64,000 nucleotides of DNA from Erysipelotrichaceae bacterium. GTDB lineage: Bacteria; Bacillota_I; Bacilli_A; Erysipelotrichales; Erysipelotrichaceae. Location of the stretch: assembly GCA_017404205.1 (NCBI GenBank), contig JAFRCV010000018.1, forward strand, positions 9,029-73,028. Reading direction: 5' to 3'. Both the position numbers and the translations under genes were made by a program. The notes below the pieces were generated by a model that did not search any database, was not told the DNA's origin, and saw only the letters and a program-made list of their open reading frames with translations. Below are positions 1-8,978 of the stretch, one piece after another (position 1 is the stretch's first letter; every line of letters begins with the position of its first letter).

Positions 1-3000
1 TAGATCTATATAATGTACCGCCATAAACAACAATATCTCCATCAGCATTTTTGTTTCCTTTAGGTCTTAAAATCATATATGAACGCATAGCGAAGTCACT
101 AGCACATTGTTGATCTGTATAATTACCAACTAATGTATTTGTATATTTAGTTGTGCCTCCACCTTCTGAATAAATTGTATAGATATTACTTTCACGTGAA
201 TAAGCTCTTCCTTTAGCACCATGATTTGCCTTAAATGTACCATTACTATCTTTATATAAAGTTGGCTCTTCATCATTTGCTAAATCGCTTGCCCAACACA
301 TCAAAGTTCCATATTCCATAACTTGATAGCCATCAATACCATCATTTATTAATTGATTCTTCTTAGAAGTTGGTATAGAAGTAATAATTCTAATGCCCTT
401 ATTACCAGTTACTCTAATAGAAGCACCAGCATAAGACAAGATATTATCCAAATTAGGATGAGCTACAAGTTTATTGTTTTCAATTGTATATACTTTCATT
501 GATTTAGGATATTGGACATGTCTGTCGACACTTGTATTATTAGCGGTAACATATACAGCAGCAACACTAGCATCTTCTGGTATCTTAATATTGCCATCTG
601 AATTAACTACATATGGTTTACCATTGATATTTATAGATTCACCAACCTTAGCTATATTTGTAGGAACAGAAATCATTGGCGCAACTAGTTCCCACGTACC
701 TGCTAATGATGGCTTCCAATTGTCGTGAAGTTCTTTAGCTGTATATGTAACACTTCCATTAGTCCAGTTGCCTGATGGAAAATCAAAGTTATCTGGCCAA
801 TTAAAATTAGAACCTAATTTAATTTGTTCTAATGATGAACAACCATCAAATATGCTCTTTCCTATTGTCATAACTGCATTAGGCATAGTAATTGATTTTA
901 AAGATGAACATCCTTGGAATGCATAATTACCAATTGATGTTACTGAATCAGGGATAGTGATTGATGTTAAAGATGAACATCCAGAGAATACATAATTGCC
1001 AATCGTTTTAGCTGAACTAGGGATTGTGATTGATGTTAAAGATGAGCATCCACGGAATGCATAATTGCCAATTGATGTTATGTCATTTCCTATTACTACA
1101 TTTTCTATTGTGTTTCTATATCCATACCAAGGCGCACTATCTATTGAATAGTTATAAATATTACCACTTCCAGTAATTGTAATAGAATTATCAGCAAATA
1201 TCTTATAGGTTGCGTTGCTGCCACATTCTCCAGATTTAACAACAAGATAATTCCACTTTGCCTCTATTGTTTTATCACCTGTTGAATGATGAGGGATAGA
1301 AGTAATCTTTTCGTTATTCAAATACCAACCAACAAATGTATAGCCTTCTCTAGTAGGATCTAATAATGTGATTTCATTATCTTCATATGTATAAGTGCTT
1401 GGATTATTAGTATTATTAGTACCACCATTTAAAGTATATTTGATGTTATATGTATTCAATCCCCACTTAGCTTTTAATGTTATATTTTTTGCAGGTACTT
1501 TTAATGAAGTTACTTTAGTATCACCATCATACCATCCTAAGAAAGAATAACCTTTTCTAATAGGGTTAGGTAAATTTACTGACGTATTATAGTCTTGAGT
1601 AACTGGAGAAACAGCACTTCCTCCATCTGAATCAAATGTAATTGTATATTGATTAGGTATCCATCTAGCTTCAATTGTTTTATCACCTGTTGAATGATTA
1701 GGAATAGAAGTAATCTTTTCATTATTTAAATACCAACCATCAAATGTATAGCCTTCTCTAGTAGGATCTAATAATATTATTTCATTATCTTCATATGTAT
1801 AAGTTTTAGGATTATTAATATTATTAGTACCACTATTTATGTCATAGTAAATATTATATACTCTAGACCATGTACCTGCTAATGATGGTTTCCATTTATC
1901 ATACAGCTCTTGAGCTGTATATGTAACACTTCCATTGGTCCAATTACCTGATTTTAAACCTAAATTATTTGGCCAATTAAAAATAGGTCCACATTTAATC
2001 ATTGCTAAATTATCACATCCAAAGAATGCATAATCACCAATTGATGTTACTGAATCTGGGATTGTTATTGATGTTAAAGATGTACATCCACAGAATGCAT
2101 AATCACCAATTGATGTAATACCATCTTCTAGGACTAAGCTCGTTAATGTGTTTCTAGAATTATACCACGGAGATCTAAAATATGTGTTACTTGTATAGTT
2201 TATGCCAATTCCAGTTCCTCCAGTTAGTGTAACTGATTCTAAATTAGTAACACCATCAAAACTAGTAGATTCAATAGTAGCTGATATAGGTATTGTGAGA
2301 GATGTTAAACCAAAGCAGTCACAAAATGCGCATTCATCGATCGAAAGGATTGAATCAGGTATAGCAATTGAAGTTAAACTAGAACAACCAGAGAACGCAC
2401 TATGTCCAATTGAAGTTACTGAATCAGGGATGGTGATTGAGACTAAGCTTAAACAATATCTAAATGCTGAAGCAATTGAAGTTACCGAATTAGGGATTTC
2501 GTATGATGATCTATTATTCCCTATTGGATATAGTGCTAATTTAGTTGCAACTCCATTTGTTTTTTCAAATAAAACACCATCTATAGATACATAATTAGGA
2601 TTGTTCGAATCTACATTTATTGAGGTTAAACTAGTGCAATTATCGAATGCGGTTTCGCTAATAAAAGTGACTGAATTAGGAATAGTTATTGATGTTAAAC
2701 TAGTGCAATTATAAAATGCATAACCCTGAATTCTAGTAATAGAATTAGGAATCGTAATCGACTTTAAGTTATAACATTTACAAAATACATCGCTTTCAAT
2801 ACAAGTAACAGAATTGGGTATACATACTGAAACCAAACTAGAACAACCTTCAAATGAATAAGGTCGTATGCTAGTAATTGAGTTAGGAATATTGATTGAT
2901 GTTAGACTAGAACAATCTCTAAATGCACACCTGCCAATTGAAGTTATTTGGTTGCCAATTATTACATTAAAAATGTCGTTTCTGTATGAATACCAAGGCG

Positions 3001-3964
3001 CACGAGAAATAGAATCATAATCTTTTATGTAATTTTTACCACCACTACTAATTAATAGTGTTCCATCTTCATATAGTTTCCAATTGATATTATCATCTAA
3101 ACTTGAGTGTTCAACAGATCCATGAGAAACATTGGCATCAAATGTTTTAGTTAATCCTTTATATGTAACAGTTACTGTTTGAGTACCACCTTGATTAGGA
3201 TTATAGCCTGTAATTGTATAGCCAGTATTTATTCTTGGATTAGTAATGGAATAAGAACCACTAGTATAGTTTTCTTGTATACTTAATCCTGTTAAATCTA
3301 AATCTTCATGTAATTCATATTCTGTTTTAGTAGGAGGAGTTATAGATATATCAGTTAATGTAAATGGAGAATCTACTTCTATATAGGTAATACCATTATC
3401 TATACAATAGTTCTTAACATAATTGTTATTGTAGATATATACAGTTAGATTAGGGCAATCTAATAATGCTTCTTCTCCTATTGAAGTAACTGAGTTATTA
3501 ATAACTAAATATCTTAGATTACTACATTCATAGAAAGCACCTTCTTTTATAGTAGTTACAGAGCTTGGGATAAATACTGTTTCTAAGTTCGAACAGCCAT
3601 AAAAAGCACCTTCTCCTATATAAGTAACAGAATCTCCTATAGTTACTGATGTTAGATTAGTACATGAAGGGAAATCACTATCTCCAATAGAAGTAACAGC
3701 ATCTGATATTACTATACTTGTTATAGAATTCCTATAATCATGCCAAGGCGCAATTGTATTACCATAATCCGGCATGTCTCCAGTACCATTAATAGTTAAA
3801 GTACCTTCATCATCTAAAGCCCATTCTATATTTTGGTCTGTTCCTTGTCGAACAACTAATGAATTAAAAGTGTTTCGTTTGCTATCAGATTCCTTTGCAT
3901 CTATTTTGGCATACCAACAAGCAATAAATAATGAGCACAAAATAAGAACAATAATTCTTTTCAT
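1..3964 (-). CDS. BspA-type leucine-rich-repeat (LRR_5-like) cell-surface protein with Listeria/Bacteroides-type (Flg_new-like) repeats. The 5' end is complete; the 3' end runs off the window.
   Basis: I translated the minus strand by hand from the ATG at 3964 (SD GGAGGGAAG, complement of 3972-3980). Every stretch I read in that frame was open, and the frame runs to position 1 (at least 1321 codons); the whole length was not checked codon by codon. It is absent from the ORF track because there is no stop in the window. The N-terminus MKRIIVLILCSLFIACWYAKI looks like a signal peptide. There are many units of the form ITSIGxxAFxxCxSLTSITIPxSVTSIG, and units of the form REGYTFxGWYLNNEKITSIPxHSTGDKTIEAKW. 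Confidence 0.8.
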   Translation of the reverse strand, partial: MKRIIVLILCSLFIACWYAKIDAKESDSKRNTFNSLVVRQGTDQNIEWALDDEGTLTINGTGDMPDYGNTIAPWHDYRNSITSIVISDAVTSIGDSDFPSCTNLTSVTIGDSVTYIGEGAFYGCSNLETVFIPSSVTTIKEGAFYECSNLRYLVINNSVTSIGEEALLDCPNLTVYIYNNNYVKNYCIDNGITYIEVDSPFTLTDISITPPTKTEYELHEDLDLTGLSIQENYTSGSYSITNPRINTGYTITGYNPNQGGTQTVTVTYKGLTKTFDANVSHGSVEHSSLDDNINWKLYEDGTLLISSGGKNYIKDYDSISRAPWYSYRNDIFNVIIGNQITSIGRCAFRDCSSLTSINIPNSITSIRPYSFEGCSSLVSVCIPNSVTCIESDVFCKCYNLKSITIPNSITRIQGYAFYNCTSLTSITIPNSVTFISETAFDNCTSLTSINVDSNNPNYVSIDGVLFEKTNGVATKLALYPIGNNRSSYEIPNSVTSIASAFRYCLSLVSITIPDSVTSIGHSAFSGCSSLTSIAIPDSILSIDECAFCDCFGLTSLTIPISATIESTSFDGVTNLESVTLTGGTGIGINYTSNTYFRSPWYNSRNTLTSLVLEDGITSIGDYAFCGCTSLTSITIPDSVTSIGDYAFFGCDNLAMIKCGPIFNWPNNLGLKSGNWTNGSVTYTAQELYDKWKPSLAGTWSRVYNIYYDINSGTNNINNPKTYTYEDNEIILLDPTREGYTFDGWYLNNEKITSIPNHSTGDKTIEARWIPNQYTITFDSDGGSAVSPVTQDYNTSVNLPNPIRKGYSFLGWYDGDTKVTSLKVPAKNITLKAKWGLNTYNIKYTLNGGTNNTNNPSTYTYEDNEITLLDPTREGYTFVGWYLNNEKITSIPHHSTGDKTIEAKWNYLVVKSGECGSNATYKIFADNSITITGSGNIYNYSIDSAPWYGYRNTIENVVIGNDITSIGNYAFRGCSSLTSITIPSSAKTIGNYVFSGCSSLTSITIPDSVTSIGNYAFQGCSSLKSITMPNAVMTIGKSIFDGCSSLEQIKLGSNFNWPDNFDFPSGNWTNGSVTYTAKELHDNWKPSLAGTWELVAPMISVPTNIAKVGESININGKPYVVNSDGNIKIPEDASVAAVYVTANNTSVDRHVQYPKSMKVYTIENNKLVAHPNLDNILSYAGASIRVTGNKGIRIITSIPTSKKNQLINDGIDGYQVMEYGTLMCWASDLANDEEPTLYKDSNGTFKANHGAKGRAYSRESNIYTIYSEGGGTTKYTNTLVGNYTDQQCASDFAMRSYMILRPKGNKNADGDIVVYGGTLYRS
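688..2190 (-). repeat. Intragenic module duplication inside the LRR gene
   Basis: About 320 bp at 688-1010 is closely similar to 1870-2190. Both encode GNWTNGSVTYTAxELxDxWKPSLAGTW plus flanking LRR units. About 140 bp at 1262-1400 is near-identical to 1678-1815, a Flg_new-like unit. Confidence 0.7.
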
Positions 3965-3982
3965 CAATACTTCCCTCCAATA

Positions 3983-4777
3983 TTAAAAACTTACTGTACC
4001 CTGTAAATCGCTTTTCCCATATTCTTCATTTCCATTGGCAGGGTCTTCAATTAAACACTTATCTTTAATTTCTTTAATGATTTCTTTTGAAAGCTTTATC
4101 TTTAAAAAATGACAGTCTTCAATTATCGGATTCTTGTTCATTTCAACTATCAAACGACATTCTTTTTCGTATTTCCACCCATCTGCTTTAGACAAAAAAC
4201 TTGTTTCATCATAAAACTTCTTGTTGATTAAATAACGTTTTTTACCAAGTATTACAGTGGTTTCATTGTTGTAATGTTCTCTTATTTTGTTATTTTCTAC
4301 ATAATAAATATCAGCTAAATATATTTTCAACGATTTAATATTTAACGATGTTTTTTCTACGAATATACCATTTTTAAAGTTTCCTAGTTCGACTTCCCCA
4401 ATGTTGTTGATTATAGTTTCTAATAGTTTTTTAGGTAGTTTCATTAATAAACCACCATTTTGATCATAGCCATAATTATCTCTTCGATCTTGATTGTCTA
4501 TTCTTGCGTTAATTATCCATGTAGCCATGTTCTCAATCGTGTTATAGGTAAAACAAAATGCATATCTTTTTTTGTTTAACTTATCATTATTAAAATTATC
4601 TCTATCTATCTTATCATTCCATTTTGAACCATCGGTTAAATATAGAGCTTCATCATTTAAAGAACTAACTAACAATTTTCTTTGTTTATAGTGGCTATAA
4701 TATTTATGCTCTTTACCATTATTATGTATAGTATCCCTATCTAAATAACCAAGTAATTTTTTGTCTGTAATTATCAT
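3983..4777 (-). CDS. DUF2971-like protein of unknown function
   Basis: 264-aa ORF. Motifs resemble DUF2971: LYLTDGSKWNDKIDRDNF, YAFCFTYNTIENMATWI, GWKYEKECRLIV. It lies 18 nt upstream of the LRR gene with no terminator between them. Confidence 0.55.
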   Translation of the reverse strand: MIITDKKLLGYLDRDTIHNNGKEHKYYSHYKQRKLLVSSLNDEALYLTDGSKWNDKIDRDNFNNDKLNKKRYAFCFTYNTIENMATWIINARIDNQDRRDNYGYDQNGGLLMKLPKKLLETIINNIGEVELGNFKNGIFVEKTSLNIKSLKIYLADIYYVENNKIREHYNNETTVILGKKRYLINKKFYDETSFLSKADGWKYEKECRLIVEMNKNPIIEDCHFLKIKLSKEIIKEIKDKCLIEDPANGNEEYGKSDLQGTVSF

Positions 4778-4824
4778 TTTTCACAAGTCCTTTCAATAGA
4801 AGTCAATTTATGGAAATATTATAT

Positions 4825-4856
4825 CACCATTTTAATGGTGCTACCCATTTAAATGG
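4825..4856. promoter_or_regulatory. Two adjacent palindromic operator-like sites in the divergent DUF2971/XRE intergenic region
   Basis: CACCATTTTAATGGTG at 4825-4840 and CCATTTAAATGG at 4845-4856 share the half-site CCATTT/AAATGG. Their centres are about 18 bp apart. The second overlaps the ORF-track ATG at 4853. Confidence 0.4.
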
Positions 4857-4876
4857 TGATATTACAAAATGAAAGT

Positions 4877-5080
4877 ATGATAAGCTATAAACCTTTATGG
4901 GAAACAATGAAAAAGAGAAATATTACTAAATATTCTCTTGTTAAAGATTATGGACTTTCAAATGGAACTATCGATAGATTAAGAAATAATGATCACATTA
5001 GTACTTATACAATTGAAAAGCTATGCATCATATTAGATTGCACACCTAACGATATATTGATAATAATTAATGATAAATAA
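4877..5080 (+). CDS. XRE/Cro-C1 family helix-turn-helix transcriptional regulator
   Basis: MISYKPLWETMKKRNITKYSLVKDYGLSNGTIDRLRNNDHISTYTIEKLCIILDCTPNDIL matches the short HTH_26-type pattern. The track start at 4853 lies inside the palindrome, so I prefer the ATG at 4877. The start remains uncertain. Confidence 0.7.
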   Translation: MISYKPLWETMKKRNITKYSLVKDYGLSNGTIDRLRNNDHISTYTIEKLCIILDCTPNDILIIINDK

Positions 5081-5104
5081 TTGCTTATAATTAATAAGTT
5101 AATA

Positions 5105-5149
5105 AAAAAGTCCCTAGACTTGATATGAATATCAGTTTTGGAACTTTTT
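5105..5149. terminator. Imperfect bidirectional hairpin between the convergent XRE gene and leuS
   Basis: AAAAAGTCCC...GGAACTTTTT outer stem with a TGATAT/ATATCA inner stem, flanked by A and T runs. Confidence 0.45.
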
Positions 5150-5209
5150 ATAATATTGTCATTTTTAGGAGCATTTTAGACTATATTTTTGTCATTTTCC
5201 AAAAAAATA

Positions 5210-7606
5210 CTAAATTACAATATTTACCATCTTGTTTTTAATGACAAAATGTTTCTTTATTTCTTGTCCATCAATAAATTTAATAACATTTTCTTGTTTT
5301 AATGCTTCAGTATATAATTCTTCATCAGACATATCACTTGGTGCATTAAATTTAGCTCTTAACTTACCATTAACTTGAACAACAACTTCTTTTTCAGCTT
5401 TTACTAATTTAGATTCATCTACTGTTGGCCAAGCTCTATATGCTAAATCATCTTTACCTGTTAATATTTGATACATTTCACTTCCTATATGTGGAGCATA
5501 TACTGACAACATTTGGACAAAATTGATGGCATATTCTTTATATAACTTTTCTTCTTTATAACAGTCATTCACAAAAATCATCATTTGGGAAATAGCAGTA
5601 TTTAAACTTAGATTTTCAATGTCTTCGCTAACCTTTTTAACAGTGTAGTTATATGAATAATCTAATTTGCCATCATTGTCTTCACTAATCTTTCCTGATT
5701 CTACAATCAAACGCCATACTCTTTCAAGCCATTTAAATGTACCTTCAAGATTTTGTGTTGACCAAGGTTTATCAGCTTCTAGAGGTCCCATAAACATTTC
5801 ATATAGTCTTAATGTATCAGCACCATAGTCTCTAATTACATCATTTGGATTAACGACATATTCAGGGAAACGTTTACCCATCTTCAAACCATTTGATCCT
5901 AAGATATATCCTTGATGTACTAATTTTTGGAAAGGTTCAGCTGTTGGCACTAGGCCTTTATCATGTAGATAATTATTCCACATTCTTGAATATAATAAGT
6001 GACCTACCGCATGTTCTGGACCACCAATATATAAGTCTACTGGCATCCAATGTTTTAATAATTCATAATTGGCAAATTCTTTATCATTATGAGGATCAAT
6101 ATATCTTAAGAAATACCATGATGATCCAGCACTACCTGGCATTGTGGAAGTTTCTCTTTTTCCTTTCTTACCATGATATTCAACATTAACCCAATCACTT
6201 GCTTTATCAAGTGGAGCACCAGTTTTGCTTGGTCCATAGTCTTCAAGCTCTGGAAGAATTAATGGTAAATCTTTTTCATCCAAAATACCAATCGTTCCAT
6301 CTTCATAATGGATGACAGGAATTGGTTCGCCCCAATATCTTTGTCTGGCAAATATCCACTCTCTAATACGATAATTAATCTTCTTTGTGCCTAGTCCTCT
6401 TTCTTCTAGCCATTCAAGCATCTTATCAATGGCTTCCTTCTTATCAAGGCCATTTAAGAAATCAGAATTAATATGAAGGCCATCTTCAATATATGCTTCT
6501 TTGGAAATATCACCACCTTCAAGTACTTGAATTATTTCAATACCAAACTTCTTGGCAAATTCATAATCTCTTGTATCATGAGCGGGAACAGCCATAATAG
6601 CACCAGTTCCATAAGTCATAAGTACATAATCAGAAATCCAAATTGGAATCTTCTTATTATTAACTGGATTAAGTGCATAAGCACCAGTAAAGACCCCTGT
6701 CTTTTCTTTATTTAATTCTGTTCTTTCCATTTCCGATTTAGCTGCACATTGCTTTTGATAAGCTTCCACTTCTTCTTTCTTATCAGCACTAACAATCTTA
6801 TTTACTAATGGGTGTTCAGGTGACATAACACAATATGTAGCACCAAACAATGTATCACAACGTGTAGTAAAAACAGTAAATGTTTCATCACTATCGGCAA
6901 TCTTAAAATTAACTTCTGCACCAATTGATTTGCCAATCCAGTTTCTTTGCATTTCCTTAGTTGATTCTGGCCAATCAATAGTGTCTAAATTAGCTAATAG
7001 TTTTTCCGCAAAAGCTGGTATATCCATAATCCATTGTTTCATATTCTTACGAATTACAGGATAACCACCTCTTTCTGATTTACCATCAATTACTTCATCG
7101 TTAGCTAATACTGTTCCAAGTTCTTCACACCAGTTGACAGGCATTTCTACACATTTAGCATAGCCATCTTTAAATAATTCCATGAATATCCATTGTGTCC
7201 ATTTATAATATTCAGGATCACTTGTTGAAATAACTCTATCCCAATCATATGAAAAACCTAAATTCTTTAATTGATTAGTAAAGGTATCAATGTTTCTTTG
7301 CGTAAAGCCCGCAGGATGATTTCCTGTTTGAATGGCATATTGTTCAGCTGGTAATCCAAAAGAATCAAAGCCCATTGGATGCAAGACATTAAATCCCTTC
7401 ATTCTTTTATATCTAGACATGATATCAGTTGCGGTATAACCTTCTGGATGTCCTGCATGTAGTCCTACACCACTTGGATAAGGAAACATATCTAAGGCAT
7501 AATACTTAGGTTTAGAAAAATCATTGATATCTGTTTTAAATGTCTTATTTTCTTCCCAAAATTTTTGCCACTTCTTTTCAATTGTTTTAAAATCAAAAGC
7601 CCCCAT
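5210..7606 (-). CDS. leuS: Leucyl-tRNA synthetase
   Basis: 798 aa with class I signature (HAGHPEGY region), a KMGKR-type KMSKS variant, and full-length LeuS architecture. SD AGGAGG lies upstream. Confidence 0.97.
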   Translation of the reverse strand: MGAFDFKTIEKKWQKFWEENKTFKTDINDFSKPKYYALDMFPYPSGVGLHAGHPEGYTATDIMSRYKRMKGFNVLHPMGFDSFGLPAEQYAIQTGNHPAGFTQRNIDTFTNQLKNLGFSYDWDRVISTSDPEYYKWTQWIFMELFKDGYAKCVEMPVNWCEELGTVLANDEVIDGKSERGGYPVIRKNMKQWIMDIPAFAEKLLANLDTIDWPESTKEMQRNWIGKSIGAEVNFKIADSDETFTVFTTRCDTLFGATYCVMSPEHPLVNKIVSADKKEEVEAYQKQCAAKSEMERTELNKEKTGVFTGAYALNPVNNKKIPIWISDYVLMTYGTGAIMAVPAHDTRDYEFAKKFGIEIIQVLEGGDISKEAYIEDGLHINSDFLNGLDKKEAIDKMLEWLEERGLGTKKINYRIREWIFARQRYWGEPIPVIHYEDGTIGILDEKDLPLILPELEDYGPSKTGAPLDKASDWVNVEYHGKKGKRETSTMPGSAGSSWYFLRYIDPHNDKEFANYELLKHWMPVDLYIGGPEHAVGHLLYSRMWNNYLHDKGLVPTAEPFQKLVHQGYILGSNGLKMGKRFPEYVVNPNDVIRDYGADTLRLYEMFMGPLEADKPWSTQNLEGTFKWLERVWRLIVESGKISEDNDGKLDYSYNYTVKKVSEDIENLSLNTAISQMMIFVNDCYKEEKLYKEYAINFVQMLSVYAPHIGSEMYQILTGKDDLAYRAWPTVDESKLVKAEKEVVVQVNGKLRAKFNAPSDMSDEELYTEALKQENVIKFIDGQEIKKHFVIKNKMVNIVI

Positions 7607-7620
7607 AATTCCTCCTAAAA

Positions 7621-7800
7621 TAAAAAAGGTAGCAAAGGGCGCAAATGCGCGGTACCACCTTTAATTTTCACTCTTATCGTTAACGCCTGATACGATTAAT
7701 CATTTTCCTAAGCAAGTTCATTTTATCCAAGTTTTACTTTCCACCAACCAGTAAATCTCTATATCTCTTTTAAAATTACTACTCTTATTGATTACTCTAT
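7621..7800 (-). promoter_or_regulatory. T-box leader (Leu, candidate specifier CUU) controlling leuS
   Basis: The minus-strand RNA contains AGUA and AGAGA stem-I motifs and GAACUUG (CUU = complement of 7714-7716). It has the T-box core AAAGGUGGUACCGCG. A terminator, GGUACCGCGCAUUUGCGCCCUUUGCUACC plus a U-run, lies just before the SD. Confidence 0.8.
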
Positions 7801-8030
7801 AATGATAATTTTAATTTAATAAAAAAGCAATAATCATTATGGACCATTCCTTATTGAAAAGTTTTTATGCTTCAATTATTTTCAAATTGTAATCTATCTA
7901 ATAATTATCTTCTATAAATTCACTTGGAATTATTACTTTTTGTCAATCAATTCAAATATTTGAATTTATTAATCTGAATGCCTTTTTTTCAAATCTAATC
8001 TCCTTTAATAGTCTGCCCTAGCGTCTCGGT

Positions 8031-8207
8031 TTAAAATGCTTTCATAGCATATGAAACTGCATTAACAATTTTTAATTCATCATGTTCAACAACAAAAGTA
8101 ATCTTTTCTCCCGAATCAACACTCAAAACAATTCTAATCTCTTAGGCAATGTAGTTTGTTCCTTACTAGAAAATAACTGCATTTTTAGCAATAACTCTTT
8201 CGGACAT
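8031..8207 (-). pseudogene. Decayed AbrB/SpoVT/PrlF-like antitoxin gene with three in-frame stops
   Basis: The minus-strand frame from the ATG at 8207 (SD AGGGG) reads MSERVIAKNAVIF**GTNYIA*EIRIVLSVDSGEKITFVVEHDELKIVNAVSYAMKAF*. The stops are at complement 8166-8168, 8163-8165 and 8142-8144. The ..EIRxxLxxxxGxKIxF.. pattern is typical of looped-hinge-helix antitoxins. Confidence 0.5.
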
Positions 8208-8348
8208 GTAAATACCCCTAAAGTAAAGTATTATTTTCTTTCTAATAACAAAACAAACATGTAATTACAATAATTAATAAGCATACACAAATAACGAGTA
8301 GTATTCATCATATTAATGCAACTCCAAACCATCGCAAAAATCTTGATT

Positions 8349-8362
8349 ATATATATATATAT
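8349..8362. repeat. (AT)7 dinucleotide microsatellite
   Basis: A run of atatatatatatat sits between TTGATT (8343-8348) and TATAAT (8360-8365). Confidence 0.9.
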
Positions 8363-8417
8363 AATTTATGTAATCCATTTTGAATAATGGTCTAAATAAT
8401 TACATTAACGAGGTTTT

Positions 8418-8966
8418 ATGAAAGAAGAAAAACAAATACTTTATTGTAAAAAATGTAGGCAAACATATGATGGTTCTTATACTGATTTAAAATTTTGCGG
8501 AGAATGCGGAGGTCCACTATATAAAACAGAAATGGAAATTTATGATTGGCAGCAATTAACTGATGTAAAAAAAGAGGAATTAAAAACAAATTGGGATTCA
8601 GAATTAGATTTAAATAACAATTTTGAAAAAACAAATGTAAAATGTCCTAAATGTGGTTGCGAAATATCTTCTAACATAAAGTTCTGTCCAGAATGTGGAA
8701 CAAAATTAGATAATAAGGCTGGTGAAATAAGAGAAGAAAAAAATACAATGGCAATTGTGGGGTTTGTGTTATCTATACTTGCTGGTTTTCTTAATTTGTT
8801 TGGAATTATTTCGATATTGTCAGTTGTATTTTCCTCGATTGGATTATCAAATGCTAATAGACATAATGTTGGCGGAAAAGGTTTGTCTATTGCTGGATTA
8901 ATTATTGGTGCCATATGCTTTTTTTATTATGTTTACAGCATTTATGAACTATTAGATTTGTTCTAA
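8418..8966 (+). CDS. Zinc-ribbon protein with a DUF4190-like C-terminal membrane domain
   Basis: Two CxxC...CxxC pairs (CKKC..CGEC and CPKC..CPEC), followed by two hydrophobic helices (GFVLSILAGFLNLFGIISILSVVF and GLSIAGLIIGAICFFYYV). Confidence 0.7.
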   Translation: MKEEKQILYCKKCRQTYDGSYTDLKFCGECGGPLYKTEMEIYDWQQLTDVKKEELKTNWDSELDLNNNFEKTNVKCPKCGCEISSNIKFCPECGTKLDNKAGEIREEKNTMAIVGFVLSILAGFLNLFGIISILSVVFSSIGLSNANRHNVGGKGLSIAGLIIGAICFFYYVYSIYELLDLF

Positions 8967-8978
8967 GGAAGGTTTTTG

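Noticed and set aside
900-3700. Regularly spaced DNA repeats that could be mistaken for a CRISPR array or a non-coding tandem repeat.
   Set aside because: The periodicity is the ~66-72 nt LRR coding unit inside an open reading frame. The repeats are imperfect and have no unique spacers. No cas genes are in the window.
474-3986. Plus-strand ORFs from the track at 474-728, 2202-2594 and 3774-3986.
   Set aside because: They lie antisense to a continuous minus-strand reading frame of over 1300 codons with clear LRR and signal-peptide features. Their compositions are low-complexity mirror images, so they are shadow ORFs.
5893-6715. Plus-strand ORFs inside leuS (5893-6189 and 6473-6715).
   Set aside because: They are antisense to a full-length, well-conserved LeuS, with no SD and no recognisable motifs.
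7950-7965. A perfect 16-bp palindrome, ATTCAAATATTTGAAT.
   Set aside because: It lies in decayed AT-rich DNA with no adjacent intact gene to regulate. Such AT palindromes arise readily by chance at this composition.
8142-8168. In-frame TAG/TAA codons in the AbrB-like frame as evidence for stop-codon reassignment or programmed readthrough.
   Set aside because: TAA, TAG and TGA terminate the well-conserved genes throughout the window at expected lengths. The putative partner toxin frame is also destroyed. Pseudogenisation is the simpler reading.
8082-8264. A 60-aa plus-strand ORF in the leuS upstream region.
   Set aside because: It has an Asn/Ser-rich low-complexity sequence and no SD. It lies opposite the better-supported, though decayed, AbrB-like frame.
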